A DNA stretch of 64,000 bases from an uncultured Bacteroidales bacterium. GTDB taxonomy: Bacteria > Bacteroidota > Bacteroidia > Bacteroidales > VadinHA17. Position 1 is the stretch's first letter. Every line of letters starts with the position of its first letter. This document shows, one piece after another, positions 52,546 through 62,215 of the stretch. Where the stretch lies: the NCBI GenBank assembly GCA_963823065.1, contig CAWGJX010000004.1, forward strand, positions 192,139 through 256,138. The letters run 5' to 3'. The position numbers and the translations under genes were made by a program. The notes beneath the pieces were generated by a model. The model did no database searches, was not told the origin of the DNA, and saw only the letters and a program-made list of their open reading frames with translations.

Positions 52546-55500
52546 TCACAAAATGATCATTCGTCCTGCAACCACGGCTATCTCACCACTTGCAGTTGTA
52601 ACTGTTACGGTATAAGGATACAATCCTTTTCCTGCTCTTTGTCCGTTCTCATCATTTCCATTCCAGGTTAAAGGTGGCAATGTATAACCATCGGGAATAG
52701 TTTTTGTTTGAAGGATCCTGATCAATTTCCCGGCAATATTATAAATTCTAATAATTATATCTAACTCGTTATCAGGTCTGTTGTGTTCCAGAATGATTTT
52801 TGTTTCATTAGTAAACGGATTCGGATAATTAATCAGGTTACTGAGTATGAATTTATGTTCTGTTACCCGAAAAGAAATCGTTTTTTCAGATGAGTTGTTA
52901 AAATTGTCCCAGGCTTTAACTGTAAGATAATGAAGACCTTCATTCAATCCGTACAGATCATAGTTAATTCGCCCCTTCATAAAATTATTGAAATCGTTTT
53001 CAAAATAATTATTCAGAATAAAGGAATTATCCGGGTTATTATCAAGAAAACCTGTTAAATCGTGGCCAATACCTGATCCTGAAGTATTTATGCCATCGGG
53101 GTCATTAATCACTGCAAGGAGCCTGGGATTACTGTCTGTAAGACCTCCATTTCTGAAAAGAGTATCATTCATGTATAACTTAATATCAGGACCAAGAGTA
53201 TCAGAAATCATCGTTTTTGAAAACCCGCCAACGGTTATGTTGCTAAAGCTGCCATTCATATCTTCCTGGTTATTACTTGCATAATAACTGATTTTTCCGG
53301 GACCGAAAGTGTAATTTATATCCCTTGGTACAATAAAAGAAAATCTGAAGGATCCATTCTTAGCTATCGTCTTGCCACTGTAAAGAATGTTGTTCATCTG
53401 GTCAAAAATCATGCTTTGTCCCCCGTCATTTGCAAGAGTTTTTATTTTATTTGGTTTATCAAAAACTATCGGAGAGATTATCCCATTGAAATTGTGCAAG
53501 GTATCACCCAGCAGGTTTTCAACATGTCCGGCGATTGTAATTAATGAAAGTGCTTTCAGGCTGTCGATATTTTTGTAAACTGAAACATTATTTATTGAAT
53601 CAGTTACGACCTTACCATAATAAGGGTAAGCCAGTTTTAGAGCGGGGTCCCCGAGCAGAGTAAAATTTCGTTTGTTTGGGCCGCTCCCGGAGTTGTTTTT
53701 CGCCAGTTTAATTATGTCACCAAAGGCCAATGGATTTCCATTTTCATCACGACTAAATGCGATACTGAAAATGTTTTTGTTAAGGTCATAATTCGGGGAG
53801 GAATAGACAACCCTGGTAGTCGACATAAGTGCAATGCCTCCTCCATTTTTATTCAGGAGAACCATTTCACCTCCGGACAGATTCTCTGTCATTTGCCGGG
53901 TAGCCACGTTAAGTATTATATCATCGAAACGGCTGAATTCGCAGGTCGCAGTAATAAATAAGGGCAGTTTTCCGCCATTATCCCACGAATTAATATCGGT
54001 CGTTGTGACAACTCCCTCGGCAGCAAAACCATTCTCATTACCGTGCCCTGTGTAATTAAAAATAAGACATCCTGCATTTATACGATCATTAATAGCCTTA
54101 TTTACATCGGGATAAGACTGTCCATTTACTGAAGTTATTTGTTTGAAAGCATCAAGGTAAATTTTATCAATATTATATACTGGAACGCTATCTTTCAGAA
54201 CCGCTGCAAGACCTTCAGCATCAATCATGTGGGTATTAGCGTCTTCGTCATCTGCTGTAAGGCAAATAATATTCTTCCATTCGCCCATATTAGCCGGATC
54301 CAGATATTTTTTGATTTTTGAAAGAACTATTCCGGCCTGGGTAGTATCCGATACGGGTAGCCGTCCAATTCCAATATCAAGCGTGCCTTCTGCTTCCCCT
54401 TCTCCGTCATCCAACAGACCAAAAAAGTCATCAGATGTAAAGGAAGATACAACATCATTTGAGTTCTGTGACTGATATGTAGGTATATAATCCGGATTAT
54501 TTGGCGGAGGTGTTTTATTCTCGTATGAGCCATCACCGAAGAGGAGCGCATATTTTAAAGGATGGCCACTGTCTTTTTGTCTCAGGTACTTCATTCGCAA
54601 AAAATTCCTGATAGCGACCATATCTGGGATGCCTCCGGAAAACTCGTTATATATTTGTTGAGGAGTGACTATCTGAGAAATCAATCCATCAGTTTTCAGA
54701 TGAATAGCTGCCAGTTTTTCAGCGTAGCTTTTGAAGAGGGGGTGGGTAATAATAATCATATCTGCAGATTCTGTTCCGTGCAGATCCTGATTCGGAATTG
54801 GAGCTGGTTTAATAACCGGAACAAGGGCACTTGCTGCGGAAAAAGCGATAAATGTTCTTAAAGTATCTGTGGCGATTCTAAATGTAATATTCTCGCTGTT
54901 TCTCGTATATTGAATGAGTTTGGAGTTGAATGGATCTGTTACATCCCATATTATAGGATCGATGTCGGGTGTCATTATTGAAAATGCAGTTATTCTCCCT
55001 GGTTCCATTGATCTTGAATCGGTATATTGCACTTCTGATCCTGAAAATGAATTTAATCCTCTTCCTTGCAATATTATCCGGTCAAGCCATCCATGAGCAC
55101 CTGTTTCGCCATTGTCAAAGAACCTGATATCATATGTCGGATTTTGGGATGTGGTTTGCATCGATCCTGAAGAATCGCTTATCTGCGCATAAATTCCATT
55201 GTCATCATAAAGATTGACTCCCTGTATATCGACGCTTTTTTTCAAAGATGAGCCTTCATATATTCTGAAAGTTGTTGAAGCGGAGGCCCTGCCTGCTACT
55301 CTGATGTCATAATTTATCTTTTCTGCCGGAAGGAGATCAGTAAAACCGGGGTCTATATGAAGCGAAGAAACCGGCTGAAACCATTCTCTTCCTGATTTGA
55401 TAAGATTTTCATCATCCTGATCATGCACAAATACCAAATCTGATTCGGTTGAACTATAATTTATTGATGATGAAGGTTCAACTGAAGGAGTAATTTCTTT

Positions 55501-55956
55501 CCGGGGCGATGGATCTGATGTTATAAAATAGAAAGCAGTATCTGAATAATTGTGGGGCAGATATTCGTATCTTCCATTGCTCTGGTTGTATTTCCATCTT
55601 ACAGTACCTTTTCCATAAAATAACAGATAATCCCCTTCATTGAAAATCCCATCACTCCCGGTATTAATCTGAATTGCGATTTCATTCAAATCATCTGGTT
55701 GTGTGTCATCATTATAGTAAGACAATTGTCCGTAATTATTGCCAAAAATCCTTGGATGAGATGGGTCCGTTAATCCTAATTGCCTGAGTTTTGAGTAATC
55801 AATTCTGTATACTCCATCTTTAGTTAATGCAATACGGAACCATAAACCATGCGAGAGTTTAGAAGCTGAAGAATAACTATCTTTGATGATCTGCGCATAA
55901 AGATTAACTGATAAAAACAACAGAACCGCCAGCAATATTTGAAATCTTCTTCTCAT
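52546..55956 (-). CDS. porU: type IX secretion system sortase PorU (C25-like peptidase with its own CTD)
   Basis: 1136 aa. N-terminal GLWFRIALTKDGVYRIDYSKL block, a gingipain/C25-like central region, and a C-terminal T9SS sorting domain (NYPNPFTNETKIILE...IRIYNIAGKLIRIL). Confidence 0.82.
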   Translation of the reverse strand: MRRRFQILLAVLLFLSVNLYAQIIKDSYSSASKLSHGLWFRIALTKDGVYRIDYSKLRQLGLTDPSHPRIFGNNYGQLSYYNDDTQPDDLNEIAIQINTGSDGIFNEGDYLLFYGKGTVRWKYNQSNGRYEYLPHNYSDTAFYFITSDPSPRKEITPSVEPSSSINYSSTESDLVFVHDQDDENLIKSGREWFQPVSSLHIDPGFTDLLPAEKINYDIRVAGRASASTTFRIYEGSSLKKSVDIQGVNLYDDNGIYAQISDSSGSMQTTSQNPTYDIRFFDNGETGAHGWLDRIILQGRGLNSFSGSEVQYTDSRSMEPGRITAFSIMTPDIDPIIWDVTDPFNSKLIQYTRNSENITFRIATDTLRTFIAFSAASALVPVIKPAPIPNQDLHGTESADMIIITHPLFKSYAEKLAAIHLKTDGLISQIVTPQQIYNEFSGGIPDMVAIRNFLRMKYLRQKDSGHPLKYALLFGDGSYENKTPPPNNPDYIPTYQSQNSNDVVSSFTSDDFFGLLDDGEGEAEGTLDIGIGRLPVSDTTQAGIVLSKIKKYLDPANMGEWKNIICLTADDEDANTHMIDAEGLAAVLKDSVPVYNIDKIYLDAFKQITSVNGQSYPDVNKAINDRINAGCLIFNYTGHGNENGFAAEGVVTTTDINSWDNGGKLPLFITATCEFSRFDDIILNVATRQMTENLSGGEMVLLNKNGGGIALMSTTRVVYSSPNYDLNKNIFSIAFSRDENGNPLAFGDIIKLAKNNSGSGPNKRNFTLLGDPALKLAYPYYGKVVTDSINNVSVYKNIDSLKALSLITIAGHVENLLGDTLHNFNGIISPIVFDKPNKIKTLANDGGQSMIFDQMNNILYSGKTIAKNGSFRFSFIVPRDINYTFGPGKISYYASNNQEDMNGSFSNITVGGFSKTMISDTLGPDIKLYMNDTLFRNGGLTDSNPRLLAVINDPDGINTSGSGIGHDLTGFLDNNPDNSFILNNYFENDFNNFMKGRINYDLYGLNEGLHYLTVKAWDNFNNSSEKTISFRVTEHKFILSNLINYPNPFTNETKIILEHNRPDNELDIIIRIYNIAGKLIRILQTKTIPDGYTLPPLTWNGNDENGQRAGKGLYPYTVTVTTASGEIAVVAGRMIIL

Positions 55957-55964
55957 TATACCGA

Positions 55965-55972
55965 CAAAGATA
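55965..55972 (-). promoter_or_regulatory. candidate -7 box (TATCTTTG on the minus strand) 8 nt upstream of the porU ATG
   Basis: Plus-strand CAAAGATA is an exact reverse-complement match; the ATG is at 55956. Confidence 0.4.
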
Positions 55973-56070
55973 GAAATGTGCTAATTGAATGCCGTTTTAT
56001 TTGGTTTTTTTGTTATTTATTTTAACATAATAATAACGAGTTCATTACGTTGATATTGCAGTATTTTTAT

Positions 56071-57039
56071 ATGTTGAGGAAATTAAATATAATATTCATA
56101 TTCAACTGCTTCATGCTGGTCTGCTGTTTCGGTCAGGAACCTGATCCGGGACCCGGATATCAGATGATGATGATTAATAACCCGTCACTTGCCGGGAGTA
56201 CTGGTGAGGGTGAATTAAGACTTTCATACCTGAATTTTTTCCCTGGCAATGGCTATAATCTGCATTCAGTCTACTTTTCGTATGATTCATATTTTCAAAC
56301 ATTGCATGGGGGAGCAGGTATATATCTGGCTGATGATTATTTGGGAGGTATTATAAATGATTTCAGGGGAGGTTTGTCATACGCGTATTTTCTACAGGCA
56401 GGGAAGAATCTTTTTATCAACGCAGGACTTTCAGCGTCGATCTATCACCGGGGCTTCAACTTTGACAATGCTATTTTGCCTGACCAGATTGATCCACTTG
56501 GCGGTGTAACTGTTCCTTCGTCTGAGGTACTTGCTTTATCAGGCAGAACAGTATTTGATGTAGCTGCCGGGTTCCTTTTCATTTCCGGTGAGTTTTCAGG
56601 AGGATTTTCCATTAATCATCTGGCTGAACCCGACTTATCCACTACCGGCAACTCTAACGAAAGACTTAAAAGAAAAGTTTTAATTCATTTATCGGGCGAT
56701 TTTTTTCTTAATGAATCGCAGAATCTAAAAATTCAGCCACTGACATATCTGGAATTTCAAAGGAGTTATCTTGTATATGGGGCAGGTGCCGCATTAGCAA
56801 GCAAATATCTGTCTGTCAATGCAATCATTATGCGAGATAATTCACAAAATCTAAATATCCAGACAGGATTTTCTTTGACAACAGGGAGGATATCAGTTTA
56901 TTACAACTATCGTTTTAATGCAATATCCGGAAATAAATTTCTGCCATTCTCCCTTCTTCACGAAACAGGACTAGCTTTCGGTTTGAGTAATGTTGAAAAA
57001 AGAAATACAATCAAAACAATAAATTTTCCTAAAATGTAG
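56071..57039 (+). CDS. PorP/SprF-family type IX secretion membrane protein
   Basis: ~320-aa beta-barrel-type protein with PorP/SprF-like blocks (NNPSLAG, LRLSYLNFFPG, HGGAGIYLADDYLGGI, SINHLAEPDLS). The track ORF opens at a TTG at 56050; the ATG at 56071 (MLRKLNIIFIF) is more likely. Confidence 0.72.
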   Translation: MLRKLNIIFIFNCFMLVCCFGQEPDPGPGYQMMMINNPSLAGSTGEGELRLSYLNFFPGNGYNLHSVYFSYDSYFQTLHGGAGIYLADDYLGGIINDFRGGLSYAYFLQAGKNLFINAGLSASIYHRGFNFDNAILPDQIDPLGGVTVPSSEVLALSGRTVFDVAAGFLFISGEFSGGFSINHLAEPDLSTTGNSNERLKRKVLIHLSGDFFLNESQNLKIQPLTYLEFQRSYLVYGAGAALASKYLSVNAIIMRDNSQNLNIQTGFSLTTGRISVYYNYRFNAISGNKFLPFSLLHETGLAFGLSNVEKRNTIKTINFPKM

Positions 57040-57121
57040 TTATATTTGGTGAGTAAAAAGATCGTTCGATAATATCTTATTGTATTTGAGTATTCTTAAA
57101 AGCCATAAAAATAAAGGAGTT

Positions 57122-58627
57122 ATGTATAAATTCAGAGCCTTACCAGTTGTTCTAATCACTGTCTTGCTTTTTACATCCTGCATATTTAAGAAAAAAGGGA
57201 AAGATGATGTTTCCACTTCAACAGGCTGGAAGTATAATGATCCTGACAATGGCGGATTTGAAGTTGCTTTGGGAGCTGAACAGAAAACAGGTCCTGGCCT
57301 TGTATTGATTGAAGGTGGTCGCTTTACCATGGGCCAGGTTCAGCAGGATGTGATGTTTGATTGGAATAATATGCCAAGAACGGTCACAGTATCATCATTC
57401 TATATGGACGAAACTGAAGTAAAAAATATTGATTACCGTGAATACCTTTTCTGGCTGCGGAGGGTTTACAAAGATTATCCTGAAGTTTATAGAAGAGCAC
57501 TCCCTGACACTTTAGTCTGGAGAAGTCCGATGGGTTTTAATGATCCTTATGTTGAGTATTATTTCAGGCACCCATCCTATAATAATTATCCGGTTGTCGG
57601 AGTAAGCTGGGTAAAAGCAAATGACTTCTGCCTTTGGAGAACTGACAGGGTGAATGAACAATTGCTGATAGATGAAGGTGAACTTAACCCTGATCCCAAC
57701 CAGACAAATGAAAAGAGTTTCAATACTGAAGCATATCTGGCCGGACAATATGAAGGTGTTGTAAACCAGCTAAGACCCAGCCTTAATCCGAATCAGACAG
57801 AACGCAGGACTAACTTTGAAGATGGAATTCTTCTGCCAAGTTACAGGCTGCCAACAGAGGCTGAATGGGAATTTGCTGCTTATGCACTCAGAGGGAATAC
57901 TTTTGAGGAAAGAATATATGAAAGAAGAATTTATCCATGGGACGGACATAACGTCAGAAACTCAGACAATAAAAACAGGGGCCAGATGATGGCTAACTTC
58001 GTACGCGGAAGAGGTGACCTTATGGGAGTTGCTGGCAGTTTGAACGATAATGGAAGTATTACTGTTGATGTTAAATCTTACTGGCCAAATGATTATGGAC
58101 TTTATTGTATGGCTGGTAATGTGAATGAATGGGTACAGGACGTATACAGACCGCTTACTTCAGAAGATGTTGATGGATTTAATCCTTTCAGAGGGAATGT
58201 TTATACTGATCTGCGTCGCGATGCAAATGGTTCAGTAGTCGCTAAAGATAAACTCGGCCGTTTGATAGTAGACACTGTTAAAGATGCTGATGTGGCAAAC
58301 AGATATAATTATCAGAAAGCCGATTACAGAAACTTCAGAGACGGTGATCTTCAGTCAGCTATCCCGTCTGGCGGAGGATCTGATTTTAACGTTGAGGATG
58401 GTAAAAAGGCTTCCCTCAGGATGTACGCACAAGACGCCAATTCAGGAACCAACGATTTTGTTACTCTTATTAATGATAATGCCAGAGTTTATAAAGGTGG
58501 CTCCTGGAAAGACAGAGCCTACTGGCTGAATCCTGCTACAAGAAGATTCCTTGATCAGGAAAGCTCACGCGATGATATAGGCTTCAGGTGCGCGATGATA
58601 AGGGTTGGAAGTCCATCAGGATTATAA
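57122..58627 (+). CDS. gldJ: gliding-motility / T9SS lipoprotein GldJ (FGE-sulfatase fold, PorK/GldK paralog)
   Basis: Lipobox LLFTSC, STGWKYNDPDNGGFE, GLVLIEGGRFTMGQVQQDVMFDWNN, SFYMDETEVKN, YPVVGVSWVKANDFC and GFRCAM. The ATG at 57122 is preferred over the track start at 57080. Confidence 0.85.
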   Translation: MYKFRALPVVLITVLLFTSCIFKKKGKDDVSTSTGWKYNDPDNGGFEVALGAEQKTGPGLVLIEGGRFTMGQVQQDVMFDWNNMPRTVTVSSFYMDETEVKNIDYREYLFWLRRVYKDYPEVYRRALPDTLVWRSPMGFNDPYVEYYFRHPSYNNYPVVGVSWVKANDFCLWRTDRVNEQLLIDEGELNPDPNQTNEKSFNTEAYLAGQYEGVVNQLRPSLNPNQTERRTNFEDGILLPSYRLPTEAEWEFAAYALRGNTFEERIYERRIYPWDGHNVRNSDNKNRGQMMANFVRGRGDLMGVAGSLNDNGSITVDVKSYWPNDYGLYCMAGNVNEWVQDVYRPLTSEDVDGFNPFRGNVYTDLRRDANGSVVAKDKLGRLIVDTVKDADVANRYNYQKADYRNFRDGDLQSAIPSGGGSDFNVEDGKKASLRMYAQDANSGTNDFVTLINDNARVYKGGSWKDRAYWLNPATRRFLDQESSRDDIGFRCAMIRVGSPSGL

Positions 58628-58650
58628 AAAGTGATTCTCTGACAATATAA

Positions 58651-58684
58651 GCCTCATTATTTAATCGTAATGAGGCATTTTTTT
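58651..58684 (+). terminator. intrinsic terminator after gldJ
   Basis: 9-bp stem GCCTCATTA / TAATGAGGC with an 8-nt loop, then ATTTTTTT. The track's murF start (ATG at 58670) lies inside the stem. Confidence 0.75.
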
Positions 58685-58690
58685 AACAAA

Positions 58691-59983
58691 ATGAAAACAG
58701 AACAACTATACAAGCTATTTAAAGAGTCCTCAGGAGTGGTTACTGACTCCCGTAATGTTGGTAAAGGGCAGATTTTCTTTGCTCTCTGGGGTGACAAATA
58801 CAACGGTAATAAATATGCTTCAGAAGCGCTTGCAAAAGGAGCTTTATGTGCTGTTATTGACGATCCTCTTTTTGAAACTGAAAACACAATACTTGTTGAT
58901 GACTGCCTTTTCGAACTGCAGGCTCTGGCTGCATATTACCGTAAAGCATTAAATGTCCCGATACTGGCAATAACAGGCACAAATGGCAAAACAACTACCA
59001 AGGAACTACTTGCCACCATCCTTTCAAAGAAACTCAGAGTTCATTATACAAAGGGGAACCTGAATAATCATATTGGTGTTCCGCTTACAATTCTATCTGC
59101 TCCTGTCGATACGGAAATGTTGATTATTGAGATGGGAGCCAGCCATCTTGGTGAAATACGTACATTATGCTTAATTGCAAAACCTGATTATGGCATAATT
59201 ACAAATATTGGAACCGCACATATTGAAGGATTTGGTTCTTTCGAAGGTGTCGCCAGAGCAAAGACTGAACTGTATGAACACCTTAGGAAGGTTAATGGAG
59301 TCGCACTTTATAATGATAAAGATCTGCTACTAAGTGAGAAAATTTTCGGAATCATAAACAGAGCTATACCCTTTTCTGACCCTACCGGTACGGAGCTGAA
59401 CATTGATATGATTCCTTCAGACATTAATCTGAAGCTATCTGTAACCTATCTTCATCATACCTACAGTCTGAATACCAATCTTTTTGGAAGCTATAATCTT
59501 GAAAATGTCAGAGCTGCAATAGCAACCGGTTTGTTTTTTGAGGTCGATATAAAAGATATTATTGATGCAGTTGAGAAATATCAGCCGGCCAACAACAGAT
59601 CTCAGATTAAAATCACAAAAAGTAATACTCTTATTTGCGATTCATATAATGCAAATCCTACGAGTATGTCACTTAGTATCGGTTCTTTTTCAAAATTAAA
59701 AGCCGACAGGAAAATTGTAATCCTGGGTGATATGCTTGAATTGGGAGAAAAGAGCGGTGAAGAGCATCTGAAAATTCTGAAATTAATACAATCGGATTTT
59801 GGTGGAAATGGTTACCTGGTGGGTCCTGAATTTCAGAAAGTATCTTCCGATTCGGGGTGCAGATCATTTTATAATACTGATAAGCTTATTGAGTTCTTAA
59901 AATCGGAACCTTTAAAAGGAAACACTATTCTTATTAAAGGTTCAAGAGGAATGGGGCTTGAAAAGATCTATGATCTGCTGTAG
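58691..59983 (+). CDS. murF: UDP-N-acetylmuramoyl-tripeptide--D-alanyl-D-alanine ligase
   Basis: Mur ligase P-loop ITGTNGKTTTKE and the MurF-type C-terminal domain. The start is moved to 58691 (MKTEQLYKLF) because 58670 lies within the gldJ terminator. Confidence 0.9.
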   Translation: MKTEQLYKLFKESSGVVTDSRNVGKGQIFFALWGDKYNGNKYASEALAKGALCAVIDDPLFETENTILVDDCLFELQALAAYYRKALNVPILAITGTNGKTTTKELLATILSKKLRVHYTKGNLNNHIGVPLTILSAPVDTEMLIIEMGASHLGEIRTLCLIAKPDYGIITNIGTAHIEGFGSFEGVARAKTELYEHLRKVNGVALYNDKDLLLSEKIFGIINRAIPFSDPTGTELNIDMIPSDINLKLSVTYLHHTYSLNTNLFGSYNLENVRAAIATGLFFEVDIKDIIDAVEKYQPANNRSQIKITKSNTLICDSYNANPTSMSLSIGSFSKLKADRKIVILGDMLELGEKSGEEHLKILKLIQSDFGGNGYLVGPEFQKVSSDSGCRSFYNTDKLIEFLKSEPLKGNTILIKGSRGMGLEKIYDLL

Positions 59984-60025
59984 CCATTAATTTGCCGTTG
60001 GTTTAAACCAACGGCAAATTAATGG
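59984..60025. terminator. 42-nt perfect palindrome between convergent murF and the metallophosphoesterase gene (bidirectional terminator candidate)
   Basis: CCATTAATTTGCCGTTGGTTT / AAACCAACGGCAAATTAATGG. It starts 1 nt after the murF stop and includes the stop codon (60019-60021) of the minus-strand gene. Confidence 0.65.
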
Positions 60026-61176
60026 TTCCCCGTAAAAGTCAAATTAATCAGCAGTACTTCCGATCTGCTAGCGGATCTGACTCTTGGTCCCCATAAGCCA
60101 TAACCTGAAGAGACGATGAAATTAGTATTCTTTTTTTTAAGATAGCCTGTGCTCAATTCATAGATCATCGCGGTTACATGATTCAGAGGCCACATCTGTC
60201 CGTTGTGAGTATGTCCTGAAAGCTGAAGATCAATACCGTACTTTGCTGTTTCGTCAAGGTGGAAAGGTTGATGATCAAGCAGAATGACCGGCCGGGTTGT
60301 ATCAGCCTGGTTCATCAATTCAGCAAGCGACAGCCGTTCTTTTCTGTAAAATCGATATGAATCCCTGTCGAGCCGGCCAATGAGCTGAATTCCACCTGGC
60401 AGAGTAACCATTTCATCCTTTAGAATTCTTATCCCCTTGCTCTCAATATATGGAATAGTGCGCGCAGCTCCACCGATGAATTCGTGGTTACCGGTGATGG
60501 CATACAGACCATCTGTACAATCGGGGTAAGAAAAATACCGGAGAAGATCACCTCTCATTACCGGACCAATTTCGCCATCTACAATATCCCCAAGCAGCAA
60601 AACAAGATCGGGCTTCAGATCTTTTATAATGCCCGACATCTTTTTTAAACTTCTTTTTCTGATGATACTCCCTAAATGAATATCAGACACTGCAGCAATT
60701 CTTAGTGTTTTAACCTGGCCGGCAGATTTATTTATTGTTATGTTATATTCCCTGGTAAAAGGAATTATTGCATTGATAAATCCTCCGATAATAAGTAAGG
60801 CGGATGTTGTAATAATAATGATAAAGGACCATTTTCTAAAGATCGCTATGCTATCTCCTTTTACAATTCCGGGAATTCTGAGTATCAGTAAAATAATGTC
60901 TGAAAGGATGAAGAATAAAAAACCATACAGCATAAATGCGAGCCAGAATCCTCCTATAATATTAAGAGCGTCGGTAATTACTGATGAATGTTTTGACTCA
61001 AGAATCTTAGCAAAAATAAAGAGGCCGGCCAACACAAAAAAAGATATTGCATATATGAACTTGTTTTTTTGCAAGAGAGGAACAGCCTGGTATCCCTTAT
61101 AATATAAATAGATATTTACCAGTGAGTAAATAGAAAGTGCTATTGTAAAAAATACAATCATTTGATATCTTTTCAT
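60019..61176 (-). CDS. membrane-anchored metallophosphoesterase (calcineurin-like, YkuE-type)
   Basis: Four or five N-terminal TM helices, then the motifs VSDIHLG, LGDIVDG, GNHE and GHTHNG. Confidence 0.8.
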   Translation of the reverse strand: MKRYQMIVFFTIALSIYSLVNIYLYYKGYQAVPLLQKNKFIYAISFFVLAGLFIFAKILESKHSSVITDALNIIGGFWLAFMLYGFLFFILSDIILLILRIPGIVKGDSIAIFRKWSFIIIITTSALLIIGGFINAIIPFTREYNITINKSAGQVKTLRIAAVSDIHLGSIIRKRSLKKMSGIIKDLKPDLVLLLGDIVDGEIGPVMRGDLLRYFSYPDCTDGLYAITGNHEFIGGAARTIPYIESKGIRILKDEMVTLPGGIQLIGRLDRDSYRFYRKERLSLAELMNQADTTRPVILLDHQPFHLDETAKYGIDLQLSGHTHNGQMWPLNHVTAMIYELSTGYLKKKNTNFIVSSGYGLWGPRVRSASRSEVLLINLTFTGNH

Positions 61177-61186
61177 TTAGTTCAGT

Positions 61187-62215
61187 TTATGGTACCAGGC
61201 TCTTATATGTTTTATTTCCTTTTACATAAAACTCAAATACAATACTCTTGTTCAAAACTTCTGGTTCGGTTTTACTTATTTCCAGTTCCTTAACTTTTTC
61301 TCTTTTCTTCCTGAGGTCAGCCATTGCCTTGTAATAATCCATATGAGCTTTCCATACAGCTCTTATACTTTCGAGACTGCCCTTTGAAAGAAAAAATACA
61401 GCAGCCATTCCATCTAAAATTTTTCTGACAAATAAAACTCTATGAAGTCTTTTATCAGGAAGGTTTTTATAAAGAAGAAAAAGACTGTTTCTGAAGTTCA
61501 GGTAAGTTTTCAAAGGTGAACTGTACGGAAGCGTGCCTCCACCTACATGATAAATGACAGAGTCAGGCAAAAAACATACCCGGTAACCTGCTTTGTGGAA
61601 ACGCCAGCACAGATCAATTTCTTCCATATGGGCAAAGAAATCAGGATCAAACCCGCCGCATTTTTTCCAGGCGTCAGCTCTTACAATCATACATGCGCCA
61701 CTTGACCAGAAAACATCTATCTGAGAATCGTATTGCCCTATATCTTTTTCAATTTTATTCAAAATTCTTCCACGACAGAAGGGATAGCCGTATTTATCAA
61801 TAAAACAACCTGCTGCTCCTGCATGCTCAAAATGATCTTTCTGATTATATGAAAGTATTTTTGGCTGACATGATGCAACATCGTGGTTGTTATCCATGAA
61901 ACTGACAAGGGGTTGTAGCCAGCCTTCGGTAACTTCAATATCGGAATTTAACAAAAGGAAGTATTTTGCATCAAGTTGAGCTATCGCCTGATTATATCCG
62001 CCCGCAAATCCGTAGTTTTTGTCAAGCATTATAAGTCTGACATTGCTGAAGTTCTCTTTTACCCACTCAGGGGAACCGTCAGTTGATCCATTGTCAGCAA
62101 CACAGATAAGGGTATCTTTATCGCCGGAATTCTTAATAACTGTTCCAAGGAACTTTTTCAAAAAGCCAAGCCCATTCCAGTTTAATATGACAATAACTGT
62201 TTTATGCATTTTCAA
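61187..62215 (-). CDS. family 2 glycosyltransferase
   Basis: VIVILNWNG...VADNGSTDGS and a DxD-like LLNSDIEV block; 342 aa. Confidence 0.78.
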   Translation of the reverse strand: MKMHKTVIVILNWNGLGFLKKFLGTVIKNSGDKDTLICVADNGSTDGSPEWVKENFSNVRLIMLDKNYGFAGGYNQAIAQLDAKYFLLLNSDIEVTEGWLQPLVSFMDNNHDVASCQPKILSYNQKDHFEHAGAAGCFIDKYGYPFCRGRILNKIEKDIGQYDSQIDVFWSSGACMIVRADAWKKCGGFDPDFFAHMEEIDLCWRFHKAGYRVCFLPDSVIYHVGGGTLPYSSPLKTYLNFRNSLFLLYKNLPDKRLHRVLFVRKILDGMAAVFFLSKGSLESIRAVWKAHMDYYKAMADLRKKREKVKELEISKTEPEVLNKSIVFEFYVKGNKTYKSLVP

